A stretch of 49,350 bases of DNA from a virus. Its lineage: Duplodnaviria > Heunggongvirae > Uroviricota > Caudoviricetes. The stretch's first letter is position 1. Every line of letters starts with the position of its first letter. The notes under the pieces are model-generated. The model was not told the DNA's origin. It ran no database searches and worked only from the letters and a program-made list of their open reading frames with translations. Where the stretch lies: IMG/VR virus record IMGVR_UViG_2671180676_000008. One strand, given 5' to 3'. Of the stretch, positions 1 to 10,736 are shown piece after piece. The translations under genes and the position numbers were made by a program.

Positions 1-212
1 CACAACATCCGAGGACAGCATCGTCCGCTGGCCCACAGAAGTCCGGAAAGTCATGGAAGGTCGTTGTTGGGAGGAGGTACAAATTCTCTCATGCAAAAAA
101 TACGTAAAATCGATAATAGCTGGAAATAATTCAATACATGCACTCTCGAAAGTGCATCAGCCAACCGCAGAACGTTATTGCATACAACGTTTCTGCGGCA
201 TAATCCCAATGA

Positions 213-797
213 TTACTCCCTGACAGGGTTCGTAGGCCACTCAATATCAGGTGCAGTTGATGTATCAACACGGTTCAGCAACACCCGATACTTTTTCCAG
301 GCTTCCAGCAATGAGGTTTCTTCCTCCGTTGCGATTTCCAGATCTACAGCATCCTGAAGTGGCGCAATATGCTCACTGGCTACCTGCATCAGGCTGTTTT
401 TTGTTTCTTCCGCCTCTCGGATCCGGAACAGTTTTTCTGCTTCTGCATCTTTCACCCAGGCTGTGCCGTTCCACTTCTGAAACTCCCCTTCCGGCGATAA
501 CCAGGTAACATTTTCCGGTAACGGACCGAGTTCAGAAATAAATAACGCGTCGCCGGAAGCCACGTCATAGACGGTTTTTCCCCGATGATCTTCAACGAGA
601 TGCCACGATGCCTCATCACTGTTGAAAACAGCCACGAAGCCTGCCGGAATATCTGGCGGTGCAATATCGGTACTGTTTGCTGGCAGACCTGTATGAGGCG
701 GAATATATGCGTCACCTTCACCAATAAATTCATTAGTTCCGGCCAGCAGATTATAAATTTTTATGGTCCGTGGTTGTTCACTCATTCTGAATGCCAT
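213..797 (-). CDS. tfa: Tail fiber assembly protein (lambda Tfa-like)
   Basis: 194-aa ORF, same length and context as lambda Tfa, directly downstream of stf; recognised from the translation. Confidence 0.85.
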   Translation of the reverse strand: MAFRMSEQPRTIKIYNLLAGTNEFIGEGDAYIPPHTGLPANSTDIAPPDIPAGFVAVFNSDEASWHLVEDHRGKTVYDVASGDALFISELGPLPENVTWLSPEGEFQKWNGTAWVKDAEAEKLFRIREAEETKNSLMQVASEHIAPLQDAVDLEIATEEETSLLEAWKKYRVLLNRVDTSTAPDIEWPTNPVRE

Positions 798-3700
798 TAT
801 GCAAGCCTCACAATATAGTTAAATGCGATGTTTTTGACGGTGTTTTCCGCGTTACCCGCAGCGTTAACGGTGATGGTATGTCCATGTGAGCCAATCGCAA
901 CGGAGTGCGTATGAGCACCAATACCGACAGTATGTGCATGTGCGCCTGCGCTTGCAGCAGTGCCGGACAGCGAGTGGGTATGAGCACCATCTGATGATGT
1001 CTTCCCTGCATTACGAGTCTGGCCACTACCGCTTGTTGTGCTCATAATCCCCGCGCTTGGATTTGAAATCGCGGTATAACCATTAGGGAAAATGCTCGTG
1101 TTCGTGCCACCAAATGCACCGGAACTCTTGTGTTGGTGCGCACCGGCACTATTTGCAGTCCCGCTAATACTATGGGTATGCGCCCCGGTGTTATTCGTGG
1201 ATTTGGTTCCGTAATCAAACGACGATGTGTTTTTCGTCCCCAAATCCGTACTGGATGCGCTGGCGCTGTGGGTGTGCGATTTAATGCCGTCCTGTTCCTG
1301 AGACAATACGGCACGACCACTGGCGGGCTTGCCCTTAATCGTCCAGCCACGCATATCAGGAATAACGCCTGACGGATAAGCCACTGCAAGTTTCGGGTAT
1401 GCAGATTTGTCAAAAGTCTGCCCCTGCATCAGGGCATAACCAGACGGAACGGTATCTGATGGCCACGGGATTGGTGCGCCGACTGGGTAGCTTTCTGGTG
1501 GAAGATTTTTCGAGGTATAAACTTCTGCCCAGTCTTCCTCAAAACCATAGCCATCTCTTGAGGAACGGTAGAACAGACCTCCATTTCTGTAATGTGCCTT
1601 CATCTGCAAGGTCCGGCAACTTCCGACTCCGGTATAGAAGTTAACCAGAATATAGCTGTCGCCAGAGCGGGTGACATTGTAAGCGCCTGATTCGGCATTC
1701 CATGGAACGCCCCCATCCGCATCGGCATACGTATCCGTTGCCCTTCTGGCAAAAGCAGCCACATGCGCGGCGGTTAAAGTAATATCTTTGGAACCATCAA
1801 ACTCAACACCAGAAACCAGTCTTGGCGTTTGCAGCTTTGTTGCTGTTAATGCATTACCGTTCAGACTTGCGGACAGTTTGGTTCCAATAGCCAGTTCGCC
1901 GGTTGCGTTATCAATAGCAAACGGTCTTAATGTATTCCAGCCACCATAAACATCACCTTGATTGGTAAGCAGCAGGTAAGTTTTAGCGCCATCATTACGC
2001 CATAATGCACCATACTCCCCACCTATCATTCGAATCTGATTACCACCACGCGCTACAATTTCGTCTGTGGCAAAAAGTTTTTTGCACGACAAGTTATCGT
2101 TAACGATTAACGAATGAGACTCATAAAAACCACGCCCACTCTTAAAATCAAGGATAACGTCCGCCGCGATACATTCAGTCGCTGGATTTGTTGCCCCAAA
2201 CTTATAGGTCGTATCATTAACAACGAGATCAGCACCAGGTGCGGATATTGACAGGCCATCTTCGATAAACGCAAAAACAGGGAAAGCAGCGCCATCAACA
2301 TAGAACACAGAGCGCAAATCATCGCCCTTATTACTCATCATTATTGAGTGGATGGCTCGTTCATTGTTTTGATATTGCCAGAACATTCCATAAGCATAAC
2401 GCCCCCTGTCACTCCAGCCAGCAGGCATAACAAATCCGTTAAACTCGCAGTTATTCATCGGATCGCCTGCGCTTCGCGTTGCCGTGGTGATAATGACCCT
2501 TGATGCCAGTTCGCTTACTGAGCCAGCAGAACGCATAACAACAACAGGGTAATATTTTCCAGATGTTGCACCTGCAGGAGCGTTAACCCGCACATAACGC
2601 ATACCACGCTTATCAGCAAAGTCTGTTTTACTGACCGCGTTAATGTTGTTCAGGAAGCGTCCCTTATCGGGTATATCAGCGCCGTTCTGGTCTTTCTGCA
2701 GACGTTTCTCTGCATTGTCATAGGCTGATTTTACTGCCTTTGGCGTTGCCGCCAGCGTTTCAGACGTACTGTTGGTCGCACTGCTGAGCTGTACTATCCC
2801 CTTTTTCGTCGTACTTGCATCCTCAAGCGCCACGGCGGATGCAATATCCTCTGCCCGTTTAGCTGCTGTCTCGGCGCGCGTTGCCGCGGATTCCGCCGTA
2901 CTTTTGCTCTGAGCTGCCGCCGTCGCACTGCCAGCTGCCTCTGTCGCCTTCGTGGATGCCGTCGTGGCGCTGCTCTTCGCTGCTGACGCTTGTCTGGTCG
3001 CCTCATCTTTTGAAGCAGACGCCGATGATGCCGATGACGCCGCCGAACTGGCGGACGATGCGGCAGCCGTTTTTGAGGATTCTGCGCTGGTTTCCGACGC
3101 TTTCGCGTTCGTTTCGGATGTCTTCGCTGCGGAAGCAGACCTCGCTGCTGCGCTGGCCTGTTCAGTGGCTTCGCCAGCCTTCGTTGTGGCTGTTGAAGCA
3201 GACGATGCAGCACTTTCTGCCGACTTTCCGGCAGCGGTGGCACTGGCTGAGGCCTGCCCGGCACTTGTTGACGCGGCGCTGGCAGATGAGGCAGCCGCTG
3301 TTTTTGAGTCTGCTGCTGCGGAGGCACTCTGTGCTGCTGCCGTCTCAGAAGACCTGGCGTTCGTCTCGGACGTTTTTGCCGCCTTCGCGGAAGTTCCTGC
3401 CGCTGTTGCCGAGGAGGCTGCACTACTGGCGCTCGAGGCTGCGCTCGTTTCTGATGATTTTGCCGCCTCTTTTGAAGCCGACGCATCCCTGGCTGAGGTG
3501 GCAGCTTCTGACGCTTTCGTGGTCGCGGTGGATGCAGAAGTGGCTGCTGATTGTTGTGACGCTGCCGCATTCGTTTCTGACGTTTTCGCCGCACCGGCAC
3601 TGGTAGCCGCCGCGCTTTTTGAGGACTCTGCAGCGGCAGCACTTTTTGAGGCTTCAGTGGCCTTTGTTGATGCCGTTCCTGCGCTGGAAGACGCTGACTG

Positions 3701-4204
3701 AGCCGACGACGCGGCCTGTCCGGCTGACGTGCTGGCTGCACGTGCTGAATCTGCAGCATCAGTCGCATGGGTTGCCGCCTCACGGGCTGATGTGCCGGCA
3801 TCGCTGGCTGACTTCTTCGCGGCTGCCGTGTTCTGTGCCACCGCGGACGCGTTACGCGCCACCTCTTCCACCATCAGTTCAAAACGGCGCAGTGCCTCCG
3901 GACGGGCATCATCCTCCGTCATGGCACCGAGAAAATCATTCAGCGTACCGGGGCGGGAATCTTCATACACGGTGATGGTCCCGGCATGTGACGGCGGGAA
4001 TCCTTCCACCAACAGAATAACGCTGTACTGACCGTACTCAACGTCCATACTGTAACGCCCGGCTTCATCCGGATTTTCTGAGGCCAGCGTGTTCACCACC
4101 ACCGTGGTGCTGTTACGTTTTGCTTTCAGCTGGATTGTGCAGTTCTGTACCGGTTTTCCTGTGCCGTCTTTCAGTACACCTGAAATCTTTACTGCCATAT
4201 TCAC
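797..4204 (-). CDS. stf: Side tail fiber protein (StfR-like)
   Basis: 1135-aa ORF between lom and tfa; long Ala/Ser/Thr-rich central repeats and His-rich C-terminal GAHTHS/GAHAH motifs typical of lambdoid side tail fibers. Confidence 0.85.
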   Translation of the reverse strand: MNMAVKISGVLKDGTGKPVQNCTIQLKAKRNSTTVVVNTLASENPDEAGRYSMDVEYGQYSVILLVEGFPPSHAGTITVYEDSRPGTLNDFLGAMTEDDARPEALRRFELMVEEVARNASAVAQNTAAAKKSASDAGTSAREAATHATDAADSARAASTSAGQAASSAQSASSSAGTASTKATEASKSAAAAESSKSAAATSAGAAKTSETNAAASQQSAATSASTATTKASEAATSARDASASKEAAKSSETSAASSASSAASSATAAGTSAKAAKTSETNARSSETAAAQSASAAADSKTAAASSASAASTSAGQASASATAAGKSAESAASSASTATTKAGEATEQASAAARSASAAKTSETNAKASETSAESSKTAAASSASSAASSASSASASKDEATRQASAAKSSATTASTKATEAAGSATAAAQSKSTAESAATRAETAAKRAEDIASAVALEDASTTKKGIVQLSSATNSTSETLAATPKAVKSAYDNAEKRLQKDQNGADIPDKGRFLNNINAVSKTDFADKRGMRYVRVNAPAGATSGKYYPVVVMRSAGSVSELASRVIITTATRSAGDPMNNCEFNGFVMPAGWSDRGRYAYGMFWQYQNNERAIHSIMMSNKGDDLRSVFYVDGAAFPVFAFIEDGLSISAPGADLVVNDTTYKFGATNPATECIAADVILDFKSGRGFYESHSLIVNDNLSCKKLFATDEIVARGGNQIRMIGGEYGALWRNDGAKTYLLLTNQGDVYGGWNTLRPFAIDNATGELAIGTKLSASLNGNALTATKLQTPRLVSGVEFDGSKDITLTAAHVAAFARRATDTYADADGGVPWNAESGAYNVTRSGDSYILVNFYTGVGSCRTLQMKAHYRNGGLFYRSSRDGYGFEEDWAEVYTSKNLPPESYPVGAPIPWPSDTVPSGYALMQGQTFDKSAYPKLAVAYPSGVIPDMRGWTIKGKPASGRAVLSQEQDGIKSHTHSASASSTDLGTKNTSSFDYGTKSTNNTGAHTHSISGTANSAGAHQHKSSGAFGGTNTSIFPNGYTAISNPSAGIMSTTSGSGQTRNAGKTSSDGAHTHSLSGTAASAGAHAHTVGIGAHTHSVAIGSHGHTITVNAAGNAENTVKNIAFNYIVRLA
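2840..3870. repeat. Low-complexity Ala/Ser/Thr-rich coding repeats inside stf
   Basis: Recurrent AAKTSETNA-like units; all frames on both strands are open here (overlapping ORFs 2794..3801, 2881..3606, 2952..3701), as expected for GC-rich repeats. Confidence 0.6.
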
Positions 4205-4208
4205 CCCA

Positions 4209-4236
4209 CAAAAAAGCCCGCCTGAACCGGCGGGCT
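4209..4236 (-). terminator. Rho-independent terminator downstream of lom
   Basis: 8-bp GC-rich stem agcccgcc/ggcgggct (4215..4236) followed on the - strand by TTTTTT. Confidence 0.5.
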
Positions 4237-4262
4237 GTCATAACACTGTGTTACCTGGCTAA

Positions 4263-4862
4263 TCAGAACTTATAACCGACACCCACGATGAAACCGTCAG
4301 TGCGCCAGTCGCCACTGCCGGAGCCTTCATAAGCAATATCAATGGCCACGGATTCGGTCGGGTTAAACTGCACGCCAGCTCCCCACGCCAGAGACGTGTT
4401 GCTGTGGCGACCGTCATCACTTCCGGTCAGCACGTCGTGCGTTTTCCCCTTGTTGTCAGTTACGCGGAGATAATCCCCGGAGAAAGTCGACACACGGCTG
4501 TAAGCCATACCCGCCATCGCATACGCGCTGAACCATTCATTCACGCGCACAGACGGCCCCACCATCACGCTGAACCAGCGGTTACGCACGGAATCTTCAT
4601 GCCAGCGGGTATCGCTGTAACGGGTAAGCTGGCGATTCTTGTCTCCTGCATAGCTGAATGACGTCACCAGCCCCAGTGTGTCCGTAAACTCATAACGGTA
4701 TTTCACGTTAATCCCGTTAAGATCATCGCTGCCGGGAACGTTCGTCGAGGCATGAAGATACCCCGCGCTCAGCGTGGACTGATGTTCAGATGCCCATGCA
4801 GGCGCACCGGATACGGCCAGACAAATGGCTGCGGACAAAATGGCGGCATAAAGTTTACGCAT
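4263..4862 (-). CDS. lom: Outer membrane protein Lom (Ail/Lom family)
   Basis: 199-aa ORF with signal peptide and beta-barrel-like sequence; sits in the lambda lom position between J and stf. Confidence 0.85.
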
Positions 4863-4885
4863 AATTACCTCTCGCTTTTCTGCAA

Positions 4886-4911
4886 TAAAAAAGGCACCAT
4901 TTCTGGTGCCC
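4886..4911 (-). terminator. Rho-independent terminator downstream of J
   Basis: Stem ggcacc/ggtgcc (4893..4910) followed on the - strand by a T7 run. Confidence 0.5.
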
Positions 4912-4931
4912 TTATATGGGTTATAACAATT

Positions 4932-7900
4932 TCAACGAATACTGATGCCGGAAGCGGCTTTTTTGGTCACAATCACCGTACAGTCGGTGATATTGCCTGC
5001 CCCCTGATTGCCTTTCTGGAAAATCTTAAACTCCAGAGTGACGCTACCACCACCACTAGGCATATCAATAACTGCACTGTAACTACCGGGAATGGCCCCT
5101 TTAGTTTCTCTGGATGCGATTAATACGCCGTTTTTGCGAACTTCAAAACCATAACCCGTGTATCGCGTGCCTCCTGGGTTATTTCCGCTCCCCGGATCGT
5201 CATACGCTATACCGTTAAAAATAATGGGCGGAATAATAATCTGGCGGTCAAAGTTATGATCATCGCTGATGGTGACTGTAACCGTACCGTTTGGTGTTTC
5301 CGTGTTACCCCACGTACCGACTTTTTTCGGGAAGGCTTTTGATACAGCTTTAACGAAATCCCCTCTGACCTGGGTCGCCTCCAGCATGCCCTTAATCGTA
5401 CAGTTCTGGTTAATCGTGACATTGTTGAGCGTTCCTGAGTTCGCATTCACACTACCACTGATATCCGCATTTTTAGCGGTCAGCTTTCCGTCTGATGTCA
5501 GGGAAAATACCGGAGGACTGCCACCGCTGGTAATGGTGGGGGCTGTCAGGCGCTTCAGGAACACGTCGTTCATGAATATCTGGTTGCCCTGCGCCACAAA
5601 CATCGGCGTTTCATTCCCGTTTGCCGGGTCAATAAACGCGATACGGTTAGCGGCAACCAGAAACTGGCTCAGCTTGCCTTCCTCCGTGTCCTCCATGCTG
5701 AGGCCAATACCCGCGACATAATGTTTGCCGTCTTTGGTCTGCTCAATTTTGACGCCCCACATGGCATTCCATTTATCGTTAGCGTCCTTCCACTCTTTCG
5801 AAAACTCATCCAGTCTGCTGGCGTTATCCTCCGTCAGATCAACTTTTTCCAGCAGCTCTTTACCGAGATGGGATTCGGTTATCTTGCCTTTGAAAAAATC
5901 CAGGTAACCTTCCGCATCATCGCTCGCCCGACCGACGGCCTCCACGAATGCCGATTTGCCAACGGTGTTCACACTGCGGATATAAAAGTAATAATCATGG
6001 CCCGGTTTGATATTGATACTGGCGGCTATCCAGTACAGCCCCGTGCCAAGGTAGCGGGCTGTGGTTTCAACCTGCCTGATATCGGTAATCCGCTTTTCCG
6101 AGAACCAGAACTCAAACTGTACCGTCGGATCATAAACGGCAAGATGCGGCGTTGCGGTTATCTGAAAATAGCCCGGCGTCAGCTCAATCCGCGACGGTGC
6201 TGCCGGTGCGGCAATCCGGAACGATACCGACGCCGGATCGCCCTGCTGCCCCCAGGCATTTGCCGCCCGGACTGTCAGCCTGTAGTTCCCCAGCGCCAGT
6301 TGCGTGAAGCGGTATGTGGTTTCCGTCGTCCGGGCCGTGCTGACCAGCCGCTCACTGCCGTCATCCGCTGCCACGGTCAGGCGAAGCATAAAGCTCACGC
6401 CCTTCACCACCTTCGGCGTGTCCCAGCGGGCCAGTACCTGATACTCCCCGCTGTCTGCGGTGACTTCGGCAGTCAGGTGCTGCACCGCTGGCGGCGTGAC
6501 ACCATTCACCGTGCCGCTCTGGTCGCCGTCAAAGTGCGCCCCGTTATCCACGATGGCTTCTTTTTCCGGTACATGCTGCACGGCAGTGATGGCATACGTG
6601 CCGTCATCGTTCTCACGGATACTCACACAGCGGAACAGGCGCTGGCGCAACGTCGGCAACTTCAGCCCCCATACGCTGTATCCGGCAACGCCGTCAGGAA
6701 CACGGCTCACTTTTACCTTCACGCCGTCGGTGACGGACTGGACCTCCACGCTGACCGGATTGCCACTTCCGTCAACCAGGCTTATCAGCGTGGTACCGGA
6801 GGATGGCAGCGTGATTTCACGGTCGAGCGTCAGCGTCCGGCTCTGGCTGTTCACCGCCAGCACGCGCCCGCCGGTGCTGATACCGGCATAGTCATCATCG
6901 CAGATTTCAATGACATCGCCCGGTACATGGCGAAGCCCTTCAGCACCCACGCTGAAGTCCACGGTCTGCGTTTCCAGCAGCTCCGTTTTAATCAGCCACA
7001 GCCCGGCTCGGTGTGCCTGCCCCCGGCTGGTACAGCCAAAGGCATCCATCTTCGTGACGTTACGACCATAACGGGCAATGGCCTGCGTGTCCTCCACAAG
7101 CTCTGTCGCCGTCTCCCAGCCGTTATCCGGGTCAATCCAGTTCACCTCAACGGCATTATGGCGGTCCTTGAGGGCGCTGAAGCTGTAGCGGAACGGCGCG
7201 CCATCATCCGGCATCACCACATTACTGCGGTTATAGGTCCACACCTTATCCGACGGTCGGTCCTGCACGAACGTCAGCGTCTGCCCGTTCCATACCGGCA
7301 TACAGCGCATCGCCGAGCAGAAATCACTGAGCACATCCCACGCCTTGCGCTGTGTGGTCAGGTACGCATTACAGGTGATGCGCGGCTCCGTGCCGCCAAA
7401 GCCGTCCGGCACTGACTGGTCGCAGTACTGGCCGATGACATACAGCGCCCATTTGTCCACATCCGCCGCACCAAGACGTTTCCCCATGCCGTAGCGTGGA
7501 TGGGTCAGCATATCCCACAGACACCAGGCCATGTTATTGCTGTATGCTGGCTTAAACGTTCCGTCCCAGATACCGCTGTATTGCCGCGTCTGCGGGTTAT
7601 AGTTCGACGGCACCTGCAGAATACGCCCGCGCAGATGATAATTACGGCTCACCTGCTGGCTGCCGAACTGCTCCGAATCCACCTGTACGCCGACCAGTGC
7701 CGTGTTCGGGTAGCACTGTTTCACATCGATGATTTCGGTGTATGACGACCAGAGCGTTTTGTTCTGCAGCTGGTCTGTGGTGCTGTCCGGCGTCATCCTG
7801 CGCATCCGGATATTAAACGGGCGCGGCGGCAGGTTATCCACCACCACCGAGGCCAGATACTGCGAGGTGGTTTTGCCCTTAATGGTGATGTCTTTTTCCG

Positions 7901-8345
7901 TCACCCAGCCACCGTTACGTTGTATCTGAACCAGCAGGCGGACTTCCGACGGATTCCTGTCCCCCTTAGAGGTGGTTTCCACCAGTGCCTGCACGCCGAA
8001 AGTAAAACGCAGACGGTCAATGTTTGCCGACGTGATGGTCCGGGTGATCGGCGTGTCATATTTCACTTCTGTACCGAGCACCGTCTCGGAGCCGGAGGAT
8101 TCAAATCCCTCCGGCGGTGTCTGCTCCTGCTCACCGGCCCGGAACACCACCGTGACGCCGGATATATTGGTATTCCCCTCACTGTCCAGCACCGGCGTAC
8201 TGTTCAGCAGCACGCTTTTTAATCCATCCACCGGACCTTCAACCGGCCCTTCGCTGATGGCATCGATCACACTCAGCAGCTGCGTGGACTTCAGGTTGTC
8301 CTTCGCTTCGCGCGGGGTATGCCCCTTACTGCTGCCTTTACCCAT
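4932..8345 (-). CDS. J: Host specificity / central tail fiber protein J
   Basis: 1137-aa ORF (lambda J is 1132 aa), recognised as J-like from the translation; downstream of I. Confidence 0.9.
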   Translation of the reverse strand: MGKGSSKGHTPREAKDNLKSTQLLSVIDAISEGPVEGPVDGLKSVLLNSTPVLDSEGNTNISGVTVVFRAGEQEQTPPEGFESSGSETVLGTEVKYDTPITRTITSANIDRLRFTFGVQALVETTSKGDRNPSEVRLLVQIQRNGGWVTEKDITIKGKTTSQYLASVVVDNLPPRPFNIRMRRMTPDSTTDQLQNKTLWSSYTEIIDVKQCYPNTALVGVQVDSEQFGSQQVSRNYHLRGRILQVPSNYNPQTRQYSGIWDGTFKPAYSNNMAWCLWDMLTHPRYGMGKRLGAADVDKWALYVIGQYCDQSVPDGFGGTEPRITCNAYLTTQRKAWDVLSDFCSAMRCMPVWNGQTLTFVQDRPSDKVWTYNRSNVVMPDDGAPFRYSFSALKDRHNAVEVNWIDPDNGWETATELVEDTQAIARYGRNVTKMDAFGCTSRGQAHRAGLWLIKTELLETQTVDFSVGAEGLRHVPGDVIEICDDDYAGISTGGRVLAVNSQSRTLTLDREITLPSSGTTLISLVDGSGNPVSVEVQSVTDGVKVKVSRVPDGVAGYSVWGLKLPTLRQRLFRCVSIRENDDGTYAITAVQHVPEKEAIVDNGAHFDGDQSGTVNGVTPPAVQHLTAEVTADSGEYQVLARWDTPKVVKGVSFMLRLTVAADDGSERLVSTARTTETTYRFTQLALGNYRLTVRAANAWGQQGDPASVSFRIAAPAAPSRIELTPGYFQITATPHLAVYDPTVQFEFWFSEKRITDIRQVETTARYLGTGLYWIAASINIKPGHDYYFYIRSVNTVGKSAFVEAVGRASDDAEGYLDFFKGKITESHLGKELLEKVDLTEDNASRLDEFSKEWKDANDKWNAMWGVKIEQTKDGKHYVAGIGLSMEDTEEGKLSQFLVAANRIAFIDPANGNETPMFVAQGNQIFMNDVFLKRLTAPTITSGGSPPVFSLTSDGKLTAKNADISGSVNANSGTLNNVTINQNCTIKGMLEATQVRGDFVKAVSKAFPKKVGTWGNTETPNGTVTVTISDDHNFDRQIIIPPIIFNGIAYDDPGSGNNPGGTRYTGYGFEVRKNGVLIASRETKGAIPGSYSAVIDMPSGGGSVTLEFKIFQKGNQGAGNITDCTVIVTKKAASGISIR

Positions 8346-8405
8346 TCGTCATGCTCCATAAACGATAAAACCGCCCGGAGGCGGTTTCACATAAAACGTT
8401 TTTCA

Positions 8406-9053
8406 TCAGCGACCAATCACCACAACCTGACCACCATCCCCTTCGTCTGCCGTGCTGATCTCCTGAGAGACCACCCGCGACCCCACGCGCATTTCACCGT
8501 ACAGAACGGGCAGAACATTGCCCTGGGCAACCATGTTATCCAGTGACGAGAAATACGTGTTCTGTTTGCCGTTATCTGTACTGGCTGCCGTGGGCGTCCT
8601 GGCTTTCGGTGCCAACATCTGCGCCACACCGCCCAGGATCATACTGGCCCCTGCCGCATACATACCCGATACAGCCGTGGCCCCCAGCCAGCCCACAGGG
8701 TTCCACCATGCAACCGCAATCAGCGCCGCCCCCAGCACTGCCTGAAAAATACCGCCACTTTTAGCACCCGCCGGACGCGGTACGATGTGGATCACGGCAC
8801 CATTTTCCAGCGGCTCATTAAGACGGGCAGACAATTCAGTTTCACCTGCATCACGCCCGGCAATGCGTACCTGGTACCAGCCGTCGCTCAGTTTCTGACG
8901 AAATGCCGGGATCTGCATGGCCAGCGCCCGGATGGCTTCGGACCCCGTTTTCACTCGAAGGTCGATGCGGCGGCCAAATCGTTGTAAATCCCCGTAAAGG
9001 CAGATGCGTGCCATGCCCGGTGACGCCAGAGGGAGTGTGTGCGTCGCTGCCAT
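8406..9053 (-). CDS. I: Tail assembly protein I
   Basis: Position between K and J and lambda I-like sequence; true start uncertain because the ORF overlaps the end of K. Confidence 0.7.
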   Translation of the reverse strand: MAATHTLPLASPGMARICLYGDLQRFGRRIDLRVKTGSEAIRALAMQIPAFRQKLSDGWYQVRIAGRDAGETELSARLNEPLENGAVIHIVPRPAGAKSGGIFQAVLGAALIAVAWWNPVGWLGATAVSGMYAAGASMILGGVAQMLAPKARTPTAASTDNGKQNTYFSSLDNMVAQGNVLPVLYGEMRVGSRVVSQEISTADEGDGGQVVVIGR

Positions 9054-9694
9054 TTGTCGGTGTACCTCTCTCGTTTGCTCAGTTGTTCAGGAATATGGTG
9101 CAGCAGCTCGCTGTCACCACAGTAAATGGCGGCATGATTCGGCACCGATGAACCAAAACAGCACAGCAGCACATCGCCCGGCTGCGCCGCTGACAACGGC
9201 ACCTGATACAGCCCTGTGGCCTCCAGATTATCCAGATAGAGATTCTGACCGTTACGCCACCAGTTATCCCCGCGATGAAAATCCGGCATCTCAATTCCCG
9301 CCAGATGGTAAGCGTCCCGGAACAGCGTGTAACAGTCCGTCACCCCGTGCTCAAAGCGCCGCCCGGTGAGATGCGGCACACAGCGGAATTTATGAATCGC
9401 CCCCCGGCAGACCAGCCACCACGGCAAATCACTCTGTACCTGCAGCCGCCGGTCGGCCTCACTCAGCCAGGGCAGACCACCGGGGTGGCTGTGGACCAGC
9501 GCCACAATCTCTCCCTGCATTTCTGCACTCAGCCAGTCCTCCGGCGACATCCGGAAATACGCCTCCGGCTCACCGGAGATATTCACGCAGGGAAAATATC
9601 TTTCCTCCTCCGGCGTTCTCACCACGAAGCCGCACGACTCCGCTGGCGCACATCGCCGGGCGTGCGCCAGAATCGCTGATTCTGTCTCTGTCAT
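8951..9694 (-). CDS. K: Tail tip assembly protein K (NlpC/P60 + JAB/MPN)
   Basis: HSHPGG JAB-type motif; position between L and I. Confidence 0.8.
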   Translation of the reverse strand: MTETESAILAHARRCAPAESCGFVVRTPEEERYFPCVNISGEPEAYFRMSPEDWLSAEMQGEIVALVHSHPGGLPWLSEADRRLQVQSDLPWWLVCRGAIHKFRCVPHLTGRRFEHGVTDCYTLFRDAYHLAGIEMPDFHRGDNWWRNGQNLYLDNLEATGLYQVPLSAAQPGDVLLCCFGSSVPNHAAIYCGDSELLHHIPEQLSKRERYTDKWQRRTHSLWRHRAWHASAFTGIYNDLAAASTFE

Positions 9695-9699
9695 GGGAT

Positions 9700-10398
9700 T
9701 TACTGCGAAAGTTTGTTAATGGAAAGGAAGCTGCCAAAGTTGCCGACATTATTGCGAAACTTACAGCCACTCAGGCATTTGCTGCATTTATCCTTCGTGA
9801 TATCGGACGTCGGCTGGTCATATTCATCCGCGACCGCCGGACCGCTATAACCGCACTCATCGCCGCGATAGGTCCAGGTGCAGGTGTTGGCCAGCATGAT
9901 ACGTCCCGGAAAAACAGCGCCATCCGTTTCAGTCGGCGTGGACAGTACAAAAGAGGCACTGACCGCGCTCAGTTCGCTGCACTGCTCGATGCGCCAGCGG
10001 CTGATCACCTCCTGCTCCGGATCGGCTTCGCTGTTTCCGTTGACGAAGTTCACCGCATCCAGAAAGCGGGCGTAAACCTTACGCCGGACCACCGTTCCGC
10101 CGACCAGACTCTGCAGATCTTCCGCCATCCCGGTGATCATGCCGTGCAGGTTAGAGACCGTCAGTGTCGGACGGGCAGCACTGCCCTTGCCGTTCATCTC
10201 AAATCCACTCCCCTGAATGGGATAGGCCTGATACTGCCGACTCTGCCAGGTGACAGACTCACCTTTTTCGTTCTGCTCATTACAGAAAAAGTAGCGATCC
10301 CCGTCTACCTCGGTCAGGTCGATTTCCCAGAGCACCACGCTGGCCGACTGCTCCGCACGAATGCATTCATTCAGCGTTTCCTGTTGTATGTCCTGCAT
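9700..10398 (-). CDS. L: Minor tail protein L
   Basis: 232-aa ORF, same length as lambda L and recognised as L-like from the translation. Confidence 0.9.
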   Translation of the reverse strand: MQDIQQETLNECIRAEQSASVVLWEIDLTEVDGDRYFFCNEQNEKGESVTWQSRQYQAYPIQGSGFEMNGKGSAARPTLTVSNLHGMITGMAEDLQSLVGGTVVRRKVYARFLDAVNFVNGNSEADPEQEVISRWRIEQCSELSAVSASFVLSTPTETDGAVFPGRIMLANTCTWTYRGDECGYSGPAVADEYDQPTSDITKDKCSKCLSGCKFRNNVGNFGSFLSINKLSQ

Positions 10399-10736
10399 CA
10401 GATCACCACTTCGTCAAACTGACACGAAAAATCGGTATAGGTGATATGTTCTGTCGCTGACCACGTTCGACACACCACTCTGATTTTTCTGTTAATACCC
10501 GGCGGGCGCCAAAAAAAAGATTTATAGCCTTCATGCCGGGCTAAAAATTTTTCAAATGAATCACGTTCATTCGCCTCAACTTTGAAATCACAGGTGAAAA
10601 CGCGCAGAGAATGATTAAGTCCATTTGGACTTCGTTGCTCATAACCATCGCCAAATCTTACAGTTTTTATCGATGGTTTATTTTCTGTTTTCATTCCATC
10701 CTCTGGTAACCAGTGAAATTCTTCCGTATTAGCCAC
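10398..10736 (-). CDS. M: Minor tail protein M
   Basis: 112-aa ORF with lambda M-like motifs (RFGDGY..QR), immediately downstream of the tape measure gene. Confidence 0.85.

Noticed and set aside
2794-3801. Several long ORFs in other frames across the stf repeat region (2794..3801 -, 2881..3606 +, 2952..3701 +)
   Set aside because: They are low-complexity translations of the same Ala/Ser-rich repeat DNA; only the stf frame connects to conserved N- and C-terminal fiber domains.
5721-7415. 564-aa ORF on the + strand, antisense to the J gene
   Set aside because: It lies wholly inside the well-supported J gene on the opposite strand, has no recognisable motif and is Arg/Pro/Gly-rich as expected for the antisense frame of a GC-rich gene.
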